NCBI GenBank assembly: GCA_964588165.1
Contig: CAZPMS010000002.1
Location: forward strand, 105,839 to 169,838
Source: an uncultured Gammaproteobacteria bacterium
Lineage (GTDB): Bacteria > Patescibacteriota > Patescibacteriia > UBA1558 > UBA10009
Reading direction: 5' to 3'
Length of the DNA stretch: 64,000 nt
The notes beneath the pieces are model-generated. The model was not told where the DNA came from. It worked only from the letters and a program-made list of their open reading frames with translations, and made no database searches. Within the stretch, counting starts at the first letter, position 1. Every line of letters begins with the position of its first letter. The translations under genes and the position numbers were made by a program. Below, piece after piece: positions 56,295 to 64,000 of the stretch.

Positions 56295-56347
56295 TTGCGG
56301 AATTGGTCAGTTAAACCGTCCATTCCGCAATTTAAGCGGAATTTTTT
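56295..56347 (+). promoter_or_regulatory. attenuator-like element in rpsL leader (ttgcggaat/attccgcaa hairpin overlapping tccgc-aattta-agcgga + T-run)
   Basis: mutually exclusive helices share the attccgc segment. Confidence 0.4.
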
Positions 56348-56420
56348 ATTTAAATAATATTTAGAAGGTTAGGATGTCAGTTTTAAATCGTCATAACCTC
56401 TTAATAATCTTATAAAATAT

Positions 56421-56849
56421 ATGCCAACAACAAATCAATTGTTAAGAAAACCAAGAAAAATAAGCAAGAAAAAGCCTAAAACCCCAGCTTTGAGGTTAAG
56501 GCAGAATACTTTAAAGAGAAAAAAAAGAGAGGAACTTAGAGGTTCTCCTTTTAAGCGTGGCGTTTGCGTTAAAGTGACCACCACCACTCCTAAAAAACCT
56601 AACTCTGCTTTAAGAAAAATCGCCAGGGTAAGGCTTTCTAATGGTACCGAAGTAACTGCTTATATTCCGGGCATGGGCCATAATTTACAGGAACATTCAA
56701 TTGTTATGATAAGGGGCGGCAGAGTTAAAGACTTAGCCGGTGTTAGATACCATATTGTTAGAGGCAGGTATGATGCGCAGGGAGTAGAGAACAGAAAACA
56801 GAGCCGTTCACTTTACGGTGTTAAGAAAGAGAAGGCGAAGAAGAGTTAA
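56421..56849 (+). CDS. rpsL: 30S ribosomal protein S12
   Basis: 142 aa; PTTNQL...[10 protein letters not shown] signature. Confidence 0.9.
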   Translation: MPTTNQLLRKPRKISKKKPKTPALRLRQNTLKRKKREELRGSPFKRGVCVKVTTTTPKKPNSALRKIARVRLSNGTEVTAYIPGMGHNLQEHSIVMIRGGRVKDLAGVRYHIVRGRYDAQGVENRKQSRSLYGVKKEKAKKS

Positions 56850-56965
56850 ACTTTTTTAACAGAGTTGGTAATGGCTTATAGGTTATTAATTATTTAAAAC
56901 CTATGACCAATAATCCATGAACCATAATTAGATAGAATAATTAAATCTATTAACTAATAATTCAT

Positions 56966-57430
56966 ATGCGTGGAAAACAAGCACCCAAACGAAAGATCGC
57001 AGCTGATCCAAAATTTAACAGTGCTAATATTGCCAAGTTCATTAATTATATTATGCAAGATGGCAAAAAATCCGTAGCCCAAAAAGTAGTTTATGGAGCT
57101 TTTGATATTATTTCTGAAAAAACCAAAGGCGATGCCCTGCAGACTTTTGAAGAAGCTATTAAACACATCTCTCCCAATTTAGAAGTAAAAGGCAGGAGGA
57201 TCGGCGGAGCTAATTACCAGATTCCAATTGTGGTAACTGGTGAAAGAAAATTAACTTTGGCCTATAGATGGCTCATTAAAGCCGCTTCCAGCAGGAAAGG
57301 CAAACCTATGTCCGAAAAATTAGCAGATGAAATTATGTCAGCTGCCAAAGGCGAAGGAGATGCTGTTAAAAAGAGAGAAGATACCCACCGAATGGCTGAA
57401 GCCAATAGAGCCTTTGCTCATTTTGCGTAA
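56966..57430 (+). CDS. rpsG: 30S ribosomal protein S7
   Basis: 154 aa; S7 family. Confidence 0.9.
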   Translation: MRGKQAPKRKIAADPKFNSANIAKFINYIMQDGKKSVAQKVVYGAFDIISEKTKGDALQTFEEAIKHISPNLEVKGRRIGGANYQIPIVVTGERKLTLAYRWLIKAASSRKGKPMSEKLADEIMSAAKGEGDAVKKREDTHRMAEANRAFAHFA

Positions 57431-57501
57431 GTCACGTATCACGTAACATGTATCGTGTATCGTTTATCAAATAATCTATCAAACTAATAATCAAATAATT
57501 T

Positions 57502-59583
57502 ATGTCACGAGAATATACTATAGATAAATACAGAAACATCGGCATTATTGCCCACATTGATGCAGGCAAAACAACTGTTACCGAGCGTATTTTGTTTTAC
57601 ACCGGTAAAAAGCATAAAATTGGTGAAGTCCACGAAGGTGAAGCAGAAATGGATTGGATGGAACAGGAACAAGAAAGAGGAATTACTATTACTTCTGCTG
57701 CTACTACCTGTTTTTGGCAAGACTGCCGGATTAATATTATTGATACCCCAGGACACATTGATTTTACGGCTGAAGTCCAAAGGTCATTAAGGGTTTTAGA
57801 CGGCGGCGTAGTTGTATTTGACGGCGTAGCCGGTGTAGAGCCCCAATCCGAAACCGTTTGGCATCAGGCCGATAAGTATAATGTTCCTAGAATCGCTTTT
57901 GTAAATAAAATGGATAGGATGGGTGCAGATTTTTATAAAGATTTAGAGTCAATCCATAACAGGTTAACTAAAAATGCTTATCCAATGCAGCTGCCAATTG
58001 GCGCCGCTGAAACTTTTGAGGGCTATATTGATCTGTTATCCAAGAAAGCTTTCTATTATAAAGATGATCTAGGTAAAGAAATAGAAGAAAAAGATGTTCC
58101 GGATAATATGAAGGATAAGGTAGAGGAATACCGGGATAAAATTATGGAAGCTGTTTCTTCTACAGACGAAGCTTTAATGAATAAATATTTGGAAGGCAAG
58201 GAAATAGAAGAAGCTGATTTTAAGAAAGCTTTAAGGAAAGCTGTAATAGCCAACGAGATTGTACCGGTTTTTTGCGGCAGCGCTTTAAAGAATAAAGGCG
58301 TACAGCCCTTATTGGATGCAGTTTGCGATTATCTGCCTTCTCCTTTAGATGTTCCCCCGGTAGAAGCAATTGATCCCGATGATGAAGAGAAAAAAGTATC
58401 CAGAAAACCGGAAGACTCTGAACCGTTTGCTGCCTTGGCTTTTAAAATTGCTACTGACCCTTACGTTGGCAAACTTTGCTTTTTTAGAGTTTATTCCGGA
58501 ACCTTAAAATCCGGATCTTACGTATATAATTCTTCCACCGGAAAAAAGGAACGAATCGGCCGGATTTTAATGATGCATGCCAATTCTCGAGAAGAGATTC
58601 AAGAAGTTAATGCCGGTGATATAGCTGCTGCTGTTGGCTTAAAATCAACCGTAACTGGCAACACCCTATGTGATGAAGATAACCAAGTTATTTTAGAAAC
58701 CATTGAATTCCCAGAGCCGGTTATTTCTGTAGCTATCGAGCCTAAAACCAAGCAGGACCAAGAAAAAATGGGCATGGCCTTGCAAAAACTTATGGAAGAA
58801 GACCCAACCTTTAGGGTTAAAACCGATGAAGAAACTTTGCAAACTATTATTGAAGGCATGGGCGAACTTCATTTAGAAATTATTGTAGATAGAATGAAAA
58901 GGGAATTTAGCGTAGAAGCCAACGTGGGCAAGCCGCAGGTTGCTTATAAAGAAACCATTAAGGGCACAGCCGAAGCTGAGGGCAAATATATTAAACAGTC
59001 CGGCGGTAGGGGCCAATACGGCCATTGCTGGCTTAAGGTAGAAGCTTTAGAAAGAGGTAAAGGTTTTGAATGGGAAGATAAAATTAAAGGCGGTGCTATC
59101 CCTAAAGAATATATTCCGGCTATCCAAAAAGGTGTTAAAGAAGCTTCAGATAATGGCGTCTTGGCCGGTTATCCATTAATTGATTTTAAAGCTACAGTTT
59201 ATGATGGTTCTTTCCATGAAGTAGACTCATCCGAGGCTGCCTTTAAAATTGCCGGTTCTATGGCTTACCAGGCAGCCGTTAAAAAAGCTGGTTTGGTTCT
59301 TTTAGAGCCAATGATGAAGATTGAAATTATTACCCCGGAAGATTTTATGGGCGATGTTATTGGCGATTTAAATTCCAAACGCGGCCAAGTTAATGAAATG
59401 AGCGATAGGGGACAAATGAAAGTGGTAGATGGCATGGTGCCGCTGGCATCAATGTTCGGCTATGCCACAGCTTTAAGGTCACTTACCCAGGGTAGGGCCA
59501 GTTATAGTATGGAATTTGACCATTACGGAGAAGTGCCTAAGAATGTAGAAGCAGAAATTGTTGAAACCAGAGGTAAAAAGTAA
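57502..59583 (+). CDS. fusA: translation elongation factor G
   Basis: 693 aa; [10 protein letters not shown]1 motif, EF-G domains. Confidence 0.95.
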   Translation: MSREYTIDKYRNIGIIAHIDAGKTTVTERILFYTGKKHKIGEVHEGEAEMDWMEQEQERGITITSAATTCFWQDCRINIIDTPGHIDFTAEVQRSLRVLDGGVVVFDGVAGVEPQSETVWHQADKYNVPRIAFVNKMDRMGADFYKDLESIHNRLTKNAYPMQLPIGAAETFEGYIDLLSKKAFYYKDDLGKEIEEKDVPDNMKDKVEEYRDKIMEAVSSTDEALMNKYLEGKEIEEADFKKALRKAVIANEIVPVFCGSALKNKGVQPLLDAVCDYLPSPLDVPPVEAIDPDDEEKKVSRKPEDSEPFAALAFKIATDPYVGKLCFFRVYSGTLKSGSYVYNSSTGKKERIGRILMMHANSREEIQEVNAGDIAAAVGLKSTVTGNTLCDEDNQVILETIEFPEPVISVAIEPKTKQDQEKMGMALQKLMEEDPTFRVKTDEETLQTIIEGMGELHLEIIVDRMKREFSVEANVGKPQVAYKETIKGTAEAEGKYIKQSGGRGQYGHCWLKVEALERGKGFEWEDKIKGGAIPKEYIPAIQKGVKEASDNGVLAGYPLIDFKATVYDGSFHEVDSSEAAFKIAGSMAYQAAVKKAGLVLLEPMMKIEIITPEDFMGDVIGDLNSKRGQVNEMSDRGQMKVVDGMVPLASMFGYATALRSLTQGRASYSMEFDHYGEVPKNVEAEIVETRGKK

Positions 59584-59616
59584 TCAGTAACTGGTAATTA
59601 GTAACTCGTAAATAGG

Positions 59617-59652
59617 CCCCGCCTTTCGACTTCGCTCAAGACGGGGTTTTTT
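59617..59652 (+). terminator. rho-independent terminator after fusA (ccccg-cctttcgacttcgctcaaga-cgggg + T6); loop shares 17/19 nt with insertion in cysS
   Basis: hairpin + tttttt. Confidence 0.6.
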
Positions 59653-59685
59653 GATTCCTGATATCGTGATATAATAGTATAACCT

Positions 59686-60060
59686 ATGAAAAAGCCTTTA
59701 ATTATCAGCCTTTTATTGCTAATAATACTAATTATTCCGCTAGGAATGCTTATTTGTGGTGAAAACGGTTTTTATATGACGACTGACTGTGATAGCGGAG
59801 ATTATTGTTTTGTAATGAGCTTGAACCACCTTTTAAATATGAGAAATTTACTGACAATTGGTTTAATTACTTCAGTGGTATTTTTGTTAGTTATTGTTTT
59901 TAAAAATAAGATTTTTACTTTGTTTAAAATAATTAAGAAAGAATTTTGTTTAAATCTAAATTTATTTTATAAAAATATATCAGGCAGAATGAAGCCATTT
60001 GATTCTTTAATGTTGGCCTATTCTGCCGGCCTTATACAACCAAAGACATTCTGTAAATAA
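59686..60060 (+). CDS. hypothetical small membrane protein
   Basis: 124 aa, two hydrophobic segments. Confidence 0.4.
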   Translation: MKKPLIISLLLLIILIIPLGMLICGENGFYMTTDCDSGDYCFVMSLNHLLNMRNLLTIGLITSVVFLLVIVFKNKIFTLFKIIKKEFCLNLNLFYKNISGRMKPFDSLMLAYSAGLIQPKTFCK

Positions 60061-60120
60061 TGATTACGTGTTTTTTGATGATCTTAATCATCAATTATTA
60101 ATCATTAACCATTAATTATT

Positions 60121-60861
60121 ATGGAAAATAGACAGAATGTTTTTTCGTCTTTAAAGCCTAAAACGTTATTTATCTTAGGCATTGTAGCCAGCTTTTTAGT
60201 TGTGTTTACAATTGGATTTTTTGTCCTCTTAGCCAATGTTTTAGGCGATGATGAAAAACAAACCAATAAAATCTCAAATACCAACAGTAATAAACCATCA
60301 GCTCAAGCTCCGGCACCTCCTGCTGGCGGAAAAGTAAATGTTCAAATAGCCGACTCCGACCATATTCGAGGCAGCATTAACGCTCCGGTTAAAATTGTAG
60401 AATTTTCTGATTACCAATGTCCGTTCTGCAACAAGTTTCATCCTACAATGGAACAAGTAGTAGCTGAATATGGCGACCAAGTAGCTTGGGTCTATAAACA
60501 TTTTCCTTTAGATTCAATTCATGCGCAGGCCCGGCCAGCTGCTGAAGCAGCTGAATGCATGGCCGAACAAGCCGGCGATGAGGGCTTTTGGGAATTTACT
60601 GATGAAATGCTTGCCAACCAAAGCCGTCTAGGCAGCTCATTATATGAACAAGTCGCAGAAGAAATCGGCGTAAATATGAATCAATTTGAGGACTGCGTTT
60701 CTTCAAGGAAGTACAAGGATAGAGTAGAGGCAGATTATCAGCAAGGTTTATCACTTGGGGTTCAAGGCACACCGGGCAGCTTTATCAATGGCATACCGGT
60801 TAAAGGAGCTTTGCCTTTCTCATCAATTAAGCAAATTATTGATTCAGAATTAAATAAGTAA
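60121..60861 (+). CDS. DsbA-like thiol:disulfide oxidoreductase (thioredoxin fold, CPFC active site), membrane-anchored
   Basis: 246 aa; N-terminal TM, CPFC motif, DsbA-like body. Confidence 0.8.
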   Translation: MENRQNVFSSLKPKTLFILGIVASFLVVFTIGFFVLLANVLGDDEKQTNKISNTNSNKPSAQAPAPPAGGKVNVQIADSDHIRGSINAPVKIVEFSDYQCPFCNKFHPTMEQVVAEYGDQVAWVYKHFPLDSIHAQARPAAEAAECMAEQAGDEGFWEFTDEMLANQSRLGSSLYEQVAEEIGVNMNQFEDCVSSRKYKDRVEADYQQGLSLGVQGTPGSFINGIPVKGALPFSSIKQIIDSELNK

Positions 60862-60866
60862 ACTCT

Positions 60867-61385
60867 ATGAAAAAAACAACAAACCTTAAATGGTTTATAG
60901 TTGGCTCTTTTTTGGCATTGGGTTTAATTGGGGTTATTTATGCTTCAATTTATTACAATAACCCAAATAATTCTAAGCCAAACAAAGCATCAGTTACCAG
61001 TAAAATATTAGTAGAAGAAAAAGACTATGATTTTGGCAGTATTGCAATAAAGGGAGGCGATGTAAGCCATAGCTATAAGCTATTAAATGAAGGTACAGAA
61101 CCAATTGTAATTAAAAAGGTTTACACTTCTTGCATGTGCACTACAGCAAATGTAATATCTAAATCCGGCAAAGCCGGACCTTATGGCATGCAAGGCCATA
61201 GCGGATTATCCAGGCAAAAGGTTGAAATTGCACCAGGAGAAGAGTTTGAAGTGGAAGCAGTTTTTGATCCGTCTGCCCATGGGTTATCCGGCATAGGCTA
61301 TAATCAGCGTTCTATTTATTTGGAGACAAATTCTGCCAGTTTGCCTAAAATAGAATTAAAATTTGTAGCCCAAGTAACCAATTAA
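60867..61385 (+). CDS. hypothetical secreted beta-rich protein
   Basis: 172 aa; N-terminal TM/signal; no confident family. Confidence 0.4.
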   Translation: MKKTTNLKWFIVGSFLALGLIGVIYASIYYNNPNNSKPNKASVTSKILVEEKDYDFGSIAIKGGDVSHSYKLLNEGTEPIVIKKVYTSCMCTTANVISKSGKAGPYGMQGHSGLSRQKVEIAPGEEFEVEAVFDPSAHGLSGIGYNQRSIYLETNSASLPKIELKFVAQVTN

Positions 61386-61389
61386 CATT

Positions 61390-62256
61390 ATGGACATTAT
61401 ATTCAGTGCTTCAATGATTGCAGCTTTTTTGGCAGGCATGGTCGCTTTATTCGCCCCCTGTTGTATTACAGTGCTATTGCCCGCTTATCTGGCCTCTGCT
61501 TTTAGAGAAAAGAAACATCTGCTAAAAATGACTTTTATCTTTTTTGCAGGAATTTCAGTTATTCTAATCCCGATTGGTTTAGGGGCAGCCAGTTTGGCCC
61601 AGTTATTTAAGGATTTCCACAAAGAAATGTATATTTTTGGCGGCTTACTTATGGCTGTTTTGGGAGTTATGGCAATCTTAGGCAAAGGCTTGGCTATGAT
61701 TCCAATGTCTAAGAGGCTAAAAGCCGGACTTGATGTTAAGCATAATAAATCAGTTTTTCTTCTCGGAGTATTTTCCGGTGCAGCCACTTCTTGTTGTGCT
61801 CCGGTTTTAGCCGGCGCTGTAACTTTAGCCGTAATTTCCGGAGCTTTTTGGAAAGCTTTATTAGTTACCTTTGCTTATGTTTTTGGCATGACTTTCCCTT
61901 TGTTTATTACTGCTTATTTTTATGAAAGGTTTAAGTTAGCTGAAACCAAGTTTATTAAAGGTAAGCTGTTGGAATTAAAAATAGGCGCCAAAACATTATA
62001 TATTCATTCCACTAATCTTATAGCTGGGTTAATATTTTTGTTAATGGGCGTAGTTTTGTTAATTTTGGCTTTTTCTGGAAACGCTTTTTGGTCTCCAGTT
62101 TGGCAAGCTAAAATCGGTGAAACTATAAGCCAATGGTCAGAGAGCTTAACTGAAGTCTTAATTAAAATGCCTGAAGGTGTTTGGGCAGTTCTGATTCTTG
62201 GAATATTTTTCTTTTTTCTATATCGAACTAAGAAAAGTTTTTCGGGACCTAAATAA
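61390..62256 (+). CDS. CcdA/DsbD-like transmembrane thiol-disulfide electron-transfer protein
   Basis: 288 aa polytopic; paired Cys in TM1 (FAPCC) and TM4 (TSCCAP). Confidence 0.55.
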   Translation: MDIIFSASMIAAFLAGMVALFAPCCITVLLPAYLASAFREKKHLLKMTFIFFAGISVILIPIGLGAASLAQLFKDFHKEMYIFGGLLMAVLGVMAILGKGLAMIPMSKRLKAGLDVKHNKSVFLLGVFSGAATSCCAPVLAGAVTLAVISGAFWKALLVTFAYVFGMTFPLFITAYFYERFKLAETKFIKGKLLELKIGAKTLYIHSTNLIAGLIFLLMGVVLLILAFSGNAFWSPVWQAKIGETISQWSESLTEVLIKMPEGVWAVLILGIFFFFLYRTKKSFSGPK

Positions 62257-62271
62257 GTTAATTACTAATAT

Positions 62272-62655
62272 ATGAATTTTGATTATACAGTTACTACTTC
62301 TAAAAGTTTTGATTTAGCTGTAGAAAGTGTTCAGGAAGAGATTCAAAAAGCTGGCTTGCGAGTCCTCCATGTTCATGATGTAAAGAAAGATTTGGCTGAA
62401 AAAGGTTTTAAACGGGAGCCTATTAAAATAGTTGAATTTTGCAGTGCTAAATATGCTAGTAAATTTTTAGAAGCCGATATTAAAATCGGACTTTGTATGC
62501 CTTGTAAGATAAATGTTTATTTTACAAGCGGTCAGGTTTTTATTTCTGGGATGCGCCCGGTAATTTTGTATGAGTTTTTCCCCGAAGCTAACTTAAGTGA
62601 AGCACCAAAAGAAATTAATCAGATCATTCAAGATATTATTAATAACGCAAAGTAA
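62272..62655 (+). CDS. DUF302-domain protein
   Basis: 127 aa; DUF302-like fold signature. Confidence 0.65.
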   Translation: MNFDYTVTTSKSFDLAVESVQEEIQKAGLRVLHVHDVKKDLAEKGFKREPIKIVEFCSAKYASKFLEADIKIGLCMPCKINVYFTSGQVFISGMRPVILYEFFPEANLSEAPKEINQIIQDIINNAK

Positions 62656-62658
62656 ATT

Positions 62659-63381
62659 ATGAAAGATAAAAAAAATTCTAAGGAACCATTCTTATGGGGA
62701 ACGCTATTGATAGTGATTCTATTGCTGGCGATTAATCAAATACAGATTTTATCTATTGCTAAATCAGCTGGCATCTCAATGATGCCAAAGATAATTTCAA
62801 GTTCAAAGGTTAAGTTAACAGGCAATTTGGCTGAGGATGCCAATAAGGTAATTTTATTAACCGGAATTCCTAGAGTATATGGTGCAGAATTAGGAATTGA
62901 GTATATCCATCCCAGCCAGACCGCAGTTATGGACCAAATGATTAAAAAAATGTCTGTTTTTGATCCAACCTATGGCCGACAAAAGATTACTTTATCAGGT
63001 GATTTATTACAGAGATATATTGATATTGCCATTAGAATATCTTGTGAGTATTGCTGTGGCGCTAAAAGCATTATCCGTCCTGATGGCCAGGCAGCTTGCG
63101 GTTGCGCTCATTCCCAGGCTATGCGTGGTTTGGCAGCCTACTTGTTACAGAATCACAGTGATGAATTCACTAATGATGAAATTCTTCAAGAACTTGCTAG
63201 ATGGAAAGGGTTGTATTTTCCTAAACAGATGATGCAAAAATATATTAGCCAAGTTAGCACTGGAGAATACACACCAGATATGGCAGCTTTAATTATGGGT
63301 TTAGATGTAAAGAGCAGTTCCGGTAAGAATACACCCTTGCCAACAGATTTATCTTTGCCTGATATGGCCGGAGGTTGTTAA
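62659..63381 (+). CDS. membrane-anchored Cys-rich protein ending in LPDMAGGC
   Basis: 240 aa; N-terminal TM; CEYCCG...ACGCAHS cluster; C-terminus shared with next ORF. Confidence 0.5.
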   Translation: MKDKKNSKEPFLWGTLLIVILLLAINQIQILSIAKSAGISMMPKIISSSKVKLTGNLAEDANKVILLTGIPRVYGAELGIEYIHPSQTAVMDQMIKKMSVFDPTYGRQKITLSGDLLQRYIDIAIRISCEYCCGAKSIIRPDGQAACGCAHSQAMRGLAAYLLQNHSDEFTNDEILQELARWKGLYFPKQMMQKYISQVSTGEYTPDMAALIMGLDVKSSSGKNTPLPTDLSLPDMAGGC

Positions 63382-63407
63382 TTAGATAATTAAATAAAAT
63401 AAAATAT

Positions 63408-63656
63408 ATGAAAGAAGAAAATATCTTACTTAAAGAAATTAGCAGTATATCTAAAACCTTAAAGCCAAAAAGTAAAAGGCAGGAATCAAAAATAAACTAT
63501 TGGCTGGTAGCTTTAATTATTATGGTTGTTCTACTTATTTCTCAAACTCTGCAGCTTTCTATTATTAAGGCTAAAATTAGTAAAGGTAATTTCGGAGCAA
63601 GTTCTGTTCCAGCCAGCAGCAATAATAATCTGCCATCAATGGCCGGAGGTTGTTAA
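63408..63656 (+). CDS. small membrane-anchored paralog ending in LPSMAGGC
   Basis: 82 aa; N-terminal TM region similar to 62659 ORF; identical C-terminal MAGGC. Confidence 0.5.
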   Translation: MKEENILLKEISSISKTLKPKSKRQESKINYWLVALIIMVVLLISQTLQLSIIKAKISKGNFGASSVPASSNNNLPSMAGGC

Positions 63657-63676
63657 GAACTTAAATTATTAAAGTT

Positions 63677-64000
63677 ATGAAATATATAATTATAATTTTG
63701 GTAGTGTTTGCAAGCCTTGGTTTGATTTGGTCTGCGGTAAGTTTTATCAACTCAAATAAATTAGAAAATAAAGTTTCTGATTCTGTTGACGATTATACTC
63801 AAGCAGTTAATTCAGAAGCTTCAGATATATGTCAAACACCAACAGGTTATTCTAATGAAGAGTGGTTAGAACATATGAGCCATCATCCAGATAGGTACAA
63901 AGACTGTTTTAAGGATGGTCAATTTAACCCACCTTTAGCTTATCAAGATATTAACCCTAAAGAGTTAAGCCAGATGCTTAAAGTTAAAAATTTTACTTTA
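63677..64000 (+). CDS. hypothetical secreted protein, 3'-truncated by window edge
   Basis: ORF running off the end; N-terminal signal/TM. Confidence 0.4.
   Translation, partial: MKYIIIILVVFASLGLIWSAVSFINSNKLENKVSDSVDDYTQAVNSEASDICQTPTGYSNEEWLEHMSHHPDRYKDCFKDGQFNPPLAYQDINPKELSQMLKVKNFTL

Overview
The window is a low-GC (roughly one-third GC), gene-dense bacterial chromosome segment with short intergenic spacers. Genetic code is standard: TGA is used as a stop, and RF2 carrying the SPF motif is encoded as a single unshifted ORF. Housekeeping genes include pyk, parA, parB, relA/spoT, folC, dprA, pth, der, an LCP-family gene, lepB, hisS, rpsU, ybeY, ftsA, ftsZ, nrdR, glnA, prfB, cysS, ndk, rpsL, rpsG and fusA. 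There is a split comEC (channel and metallo-beta-lactamase domains as separate ORFs) and four tRNAs (fMet, a second CAU tRNA, Leu-CAA, Val-CAC). The gene content, a 3152-aa multi-domain surface protein, pilin-like surface proteins and the compact layout suggest a Patescibacteria/CPR-like organism that does not recode UGA; this is inference only.

The most notable items are:
(1) A surface-structure locus (19.8-33.3 kb). A 598-aa protein and a 3152-aa giant adhesin share an N-terminal signal peptide plus a VirB2/TrbC-like double-TM hairpin module. They are followed by two TM-anchored proteins with thrombospondin-type-3 calcium-binding repeats, one of which carries a pseudopilin-like globular domain.
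(2) A tandem pair of higher-GC genes (43.3-47.3 kb) encoding secreted proteins with a Bacteroidetes-type T9SS C-terminal sorting domain. Each copy is preceded by a duplicated ~135-bp leader and followed by its own terminator, which suggests horizontal acquisition.
(3) Several families of short repeated elements, many fused to near-consensus sigma-70 promoters.
(4) A 45-nt in-frame palindromic insertion in cysS that resembles the fusA terminator loop.
(5) A repeat-rich junction (16.58-16.9 kb) with iteron-like repeats, a duplicated gene end and a MITE-like inverted repeat. It closes a tRNA-Val-adjacent islet encoding a cupin, a membrane protein and a Nudix hydrolase.
(6) Clusters of strongly RBS-preceded small ORFs (32-70 aa, several with CxxC motifs).
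(7) Candidate structured leaders or ncRNAs upstream of a lipoprotein gene, a zinc-ribbon ORF and rpsL.
(8) A thiol-disulfide locus (DsbA-like, CcdA-like, DUF302) followed by two paralogs ending in a shared LPxMAGGC C-terminal motif.

No CRISPR array, reverse transcriptase, transposase or integrase was recognised.
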